This document shows positions 32,780 to 35,683 of a stretch of 35,683 bases of DNA, in pieces; position 1 is the first letter of the stretch; each line of letters opens with the position of its first letter. Under the pieces are notes generated by a model. It was not told where the DNA came from, made no database searches, and saw only the letters and a program-made list of their open reading frames with translations. The stretch is from Octopus bimaculoides (Eukaryota), in contig NC_069002.1 of the NCBI RefSeq assembly GCF_001194135.2, positions 36,309,756-36,345,438 of the forward strand, read 5' to 3'. A program made the position numbers and the translations under genes.

Positions 32780-33870
32780 CTTCATATCCGAGATTTGCTT
32801 CCATTAACTGCTTGTTTATTCAACATTCTTAATAATCTTTGTACAAATACACTCAAATCATTGGAATATTTTATCGGATCGCCTTTGGTAAGCCTGAAAA
32901 ATGTAAAGCTAGATAGAAAGAGAGAGTTGTTACGAAGTGTCGCGTTAATCCAATATGCATCTGTATCTGCAGTATTATTCCGCATCACGAATAACCGAGG
33001 TGATGAGGGATTCGTTTTAGCATCGTACAAAGGGCTTCTGCTTAGGAACTCGCAGAAAGAAGCTTTGAAGTTTAATTGGATGGTTAAAAGGTGAAGACAG
33101 AAGGCGACTGGGTTTGTGCCGTTTGTGAATTATTTTTAGTAGGTATAGCGGGAGGTAAGTCAGTACTAGAAGTTTAGAGGAAAGCTGCGATGAGGTTTTA
33201 AGGCAGAAGATGGAAGCGAACTGGAAGAGATAAGTTTATGCACGGTGGAGGACACTCGTTTCCGGTACTAGCTAGTGAAATCGCTTGGTAACTTGCTCTA
33301 GCTGAAAAGGCTTTTGAGCAAGCGGAGCGCTTCTTGTCTATAGAGATCGATTCCCCAGATTACGAAGGTTCCGCTCTTTTCGACCGGTTTAACTCTTTGA
33401 CTGCTGAATTAAAATTCCATGGTCATTTCTACAATGATGTTAATTATAAAACTAAATTATAGAATTGCTATTTTCTGCTTCTGCAATACTTTCTCAATAT
33501 CTTCTGTGGATACTGTTTTCAAATCCACAACTAAAAGTATTTGATTGTTACTCTTCAAGGAGATATTTGATGGAATATGCGGGAAAAAGTAAGAAAAGCT
33601 GAAAAATTGTGGTTGTAAAAAGTGTCACTGGAGATTTCTCTACTTCTCGCGACATAAGAAGAGGCGTTTACCAAAGCCGTTGGATAAACCCGCTTTCTGC
33701 AGTTAACGATAATGAAATCTTGAGTCAATATATAACGATGCTTTTTCGTTTGCGTAGTCTCCGGAAGAAGTTGATTTCTGACGAAGGTTTGCGTACTTCG
33801 TATGAATTGAAACTGAAAATGTTTATTGTTCTCATGGCAACAAGATCAAAGCTCAATAAGGATAACAGCA
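32780..33870 (-). mobile_element. Decayed Penelope-like element ORF: N-terminal region and RT; best-supported core 33090-33410
   Basis: VKPVEKSGTFVIWGIDLYRQEALRLL...KLPSDFTS*YRKRVSSTVHKLISSSSLPSSAL-NLI matches the Penelope-like IKPADKGG.VV.W...Y..EA.RQL...DPT...V...I..G.LP..A.NL pattern. Upstream NFFRRLR (about 33750) matches the FFRRLRLKA motif. Confidence 0.72.
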
Positions 33871-34216
33871 ACGATTACAGATACACAAACACACAAATCT
33901 GAATAAATACGCAAACAAGTATAAACGCATAAAAGTTAACATCCATAGATTTTTCGTTGATTTTGACGCTCGATATTTCGGGTTTTGGATCAATTTAACA
34001 ACGCGCTCATTGCAGTAGTGTGTAAATGACCGAGTATTCCACACACACACACACACGTATACGCTAAACGTAATCATAAGGTAGAATCAGCGTGACGCAG
34101 CGTGGAACAAGGCTGATCCTTTGAATTACGGGTATAATTCATTCGACTTACTTCTGCACATTTTCTGTTACCCTAATAATCTTTTCTACTCTAGGCACAA
34201 GGCCCGAAATTTGTCG

Positions 34217-34257
<41 letters not shown>

Positions 34258-34279
34258 GTGTGTGTCTGCGTTTTTGTGT

Positions 34280-34453
34280 CTGTTCCTCCCCACTCCGCAC
34301 CGCTTGACGACCAGTGTTGGTGTGTTTACGTACCCGTAACTTAGCGGTTCGGCAAAAGGGACGATAGAATACGTACAAGGCTTAAAAAGAAAGCAAGTAC
34401 GGGGGTCAAATAGTTCGACCAAAATTCCCCAAGCCAGTTCACCAGCATGTAAC
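34280..34453 (+). mobile_element. SINE family A, 3' half following (TA)/(TG) microsatellite
   Basis: caccgcttgacgaccagtgttggtgtgtttacgtacccgtaacttagcggttcggcaaaa. Confidence 0.88.
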
Positions 34454-34564
34454 TTTGGCAGGACATTTATTTCTTGAAGTGCATTTTGTAGAACACCCTA
34501 AAATAATGTGGAATATGTCTCCAGAAATTCTCTTTACAGGTGCCATTTGTTATATAGATCGTAC

Positions 34565-34768
34565 CTGTGGATTGTTCTCGACGAAATTCTGGGCGTTGGT
34601 GAAAATCAACTGCTTAATCTGCTTCTTGGCCTTGTAGCGCAACCGGAGGGCACTGCGGCTTCGAGTTTGACTGTACAGGCATGAAAGTGCCATCAGCCCG
34701 GCCAATCCGAGGTGTGCACACTCACCCTGCGCTCGAGTATTGCTGACTTGTGAAGTTATGTTGAACTC
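34565..34768 (-). CDS. Probable exon of an unidentified host gene; 5' boundary uncertain (open frame to 34768, ATG at 34693, possible acceptor at 34671/34670)
   Basis: Open frame EFNITSQVSNTRAQGECAHLGLAGLMALSCLYSQTRSRSALRLRYKAKKQIKQLIFTNAQNFVENNPQ ends at a CAG|GTACGA donor. 20 of the last 25 codons end in G/C in an AT-rich window, and the antiparallel frame is also largely open. Confidence 0.55.
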
Positions 34769-34867
34769 TTACTGTCACGTGTAGGACGGATCCTACAGGT
34801 GAGTCTATTGTAAAAATCGTTCCTTAGTTGGGAAGGACAAGCAGTCTTTATCTGTCAGGCAGATTTC

Positions 34868-34990
34868 GCAATTTTATCAGGGTCGATAAAATAAGTTGCA
34901 GTTGAGCACTGAGATCGATTTAATCGTCATAATCCTTCTCCGAAATTGCTGGCCTTGTTCCAAATTTTGAAACCATTATTATTATAATTA
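34868..34990 (+). mobile_element. SINE family B, 3' fragment with (ATT)n tail
   Basis: ggggtcgataaaataagt-like core then ccgaaattgctggccttgttccaaattttgaaacc-attattatt. Confidence 0.78.
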
Positions 34991-35427
34991 ATGATGACAA
35001 GCTTTTGAACATAACTATTTCACATTCAAAATTTGTTCCAATTGCCATTAACAAAAAAAATATTTACTTCGAATGCCTGTTATGTTTCATGCCTGCTATT
35101 TTCTTTACAATAATAGCGCCATCGAATTCCAAGGTATGAGAAACAAAAACTAAAAAAGAAAGAAAAATAGAATTAACAAATATGAGAAAGAAGAGAGGAA
35201 AATAGGAGAAAAGGAAAGAAAGAATGGAATAAGTTAAAGAAAGAAAAGAAACAAAGACAAATAGGAAAGAAAAACCAAAATCGGTAGCGTAGGTTTATTT
35301 CTGTTAACAGGAAATAGCTTCAAATATATTTTCTTAATGAAATTTTAGTTTTGTTATTATATTTCGTTAAATGTATAGATGCGCATGTGCGTGCATATCC
35401 ATATCTATATATCTATCCATTTTCGAA

Positions 35428-35683
35428 CATACACACACACACACACATAACACATACACACACATAACACACACACACACATAACACACACACGCACGCA
35501 CAAACACACACATACATACATGCATGCATACGTACACATATATATATATGTAGAGTCCCTTTATATATATATGTATGTATATCTATCTATATACATACAT
35601 ATATATACACACACACATATATATATAGAGTCTCCTTATATATGCATATATGTTTGTATATATATATATATATATATATATAT
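35428..35683. repeat. Compound (CA)/(TA)/(ATGT) microsatellite to window end
   Basis: Direct inspection. Confidence 0.93.

Noticed and set aside
33773-33822. CTGACGA...GAAACTGA on the plus strand
   Set aside because: No valid stem II/III or NUH site, and it is antisense to recognisable Penelope-like coding sequence.
1-35683. CRISPR arrays, operons or prokaryotic defence systems
   Set aside because: The sequence is eukaryotic; no repeat-spacer array or prokaryotic gene organisation is present.

Overview
Repeat-dense, AT-rich animal genomic DNA from a gapped draft assembly (8 long N-gaps, several 10-N joins). The very high microsatellite density and the SINE families present resemble an octopus (coleoid cephalopod) genome; this is inference from pattern recognition, not a database result. 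Almost all ORFs in the supplied track are artefacts of microsatellites or N-runs. Supported content: (i) many copies of about four tRNA-derived SINE families; (ii) decayed autonomous elements from five groups: RTE LINE endonuclease (150-960, -), Tc1 DD34E transposase (4016-4663, -), Helitron helicase with intact 3' terminus (20296-20718, -), R4/Dong-type RLE retroelement (30295-32040, -) and Penelope-like RT (32780-33870, -); (iii) one probable exon of an unidentified host gene (34565-34768, -). The most interesting signal is a set of minimal type I hammerhead-ribozyme motifs: one with a fully canonical core (19896-19963, -) and three variant or degenerate ones (18045-18080 +, 22494-22531 +, 20233-20290 -), of the kind carried by Penelope-like elements. 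Other structure: a fold-back palindrome running into a gap (22803-22942), a near-identical 198-bp direct duplication, and inverted SINE heads around two perfect palindromes.
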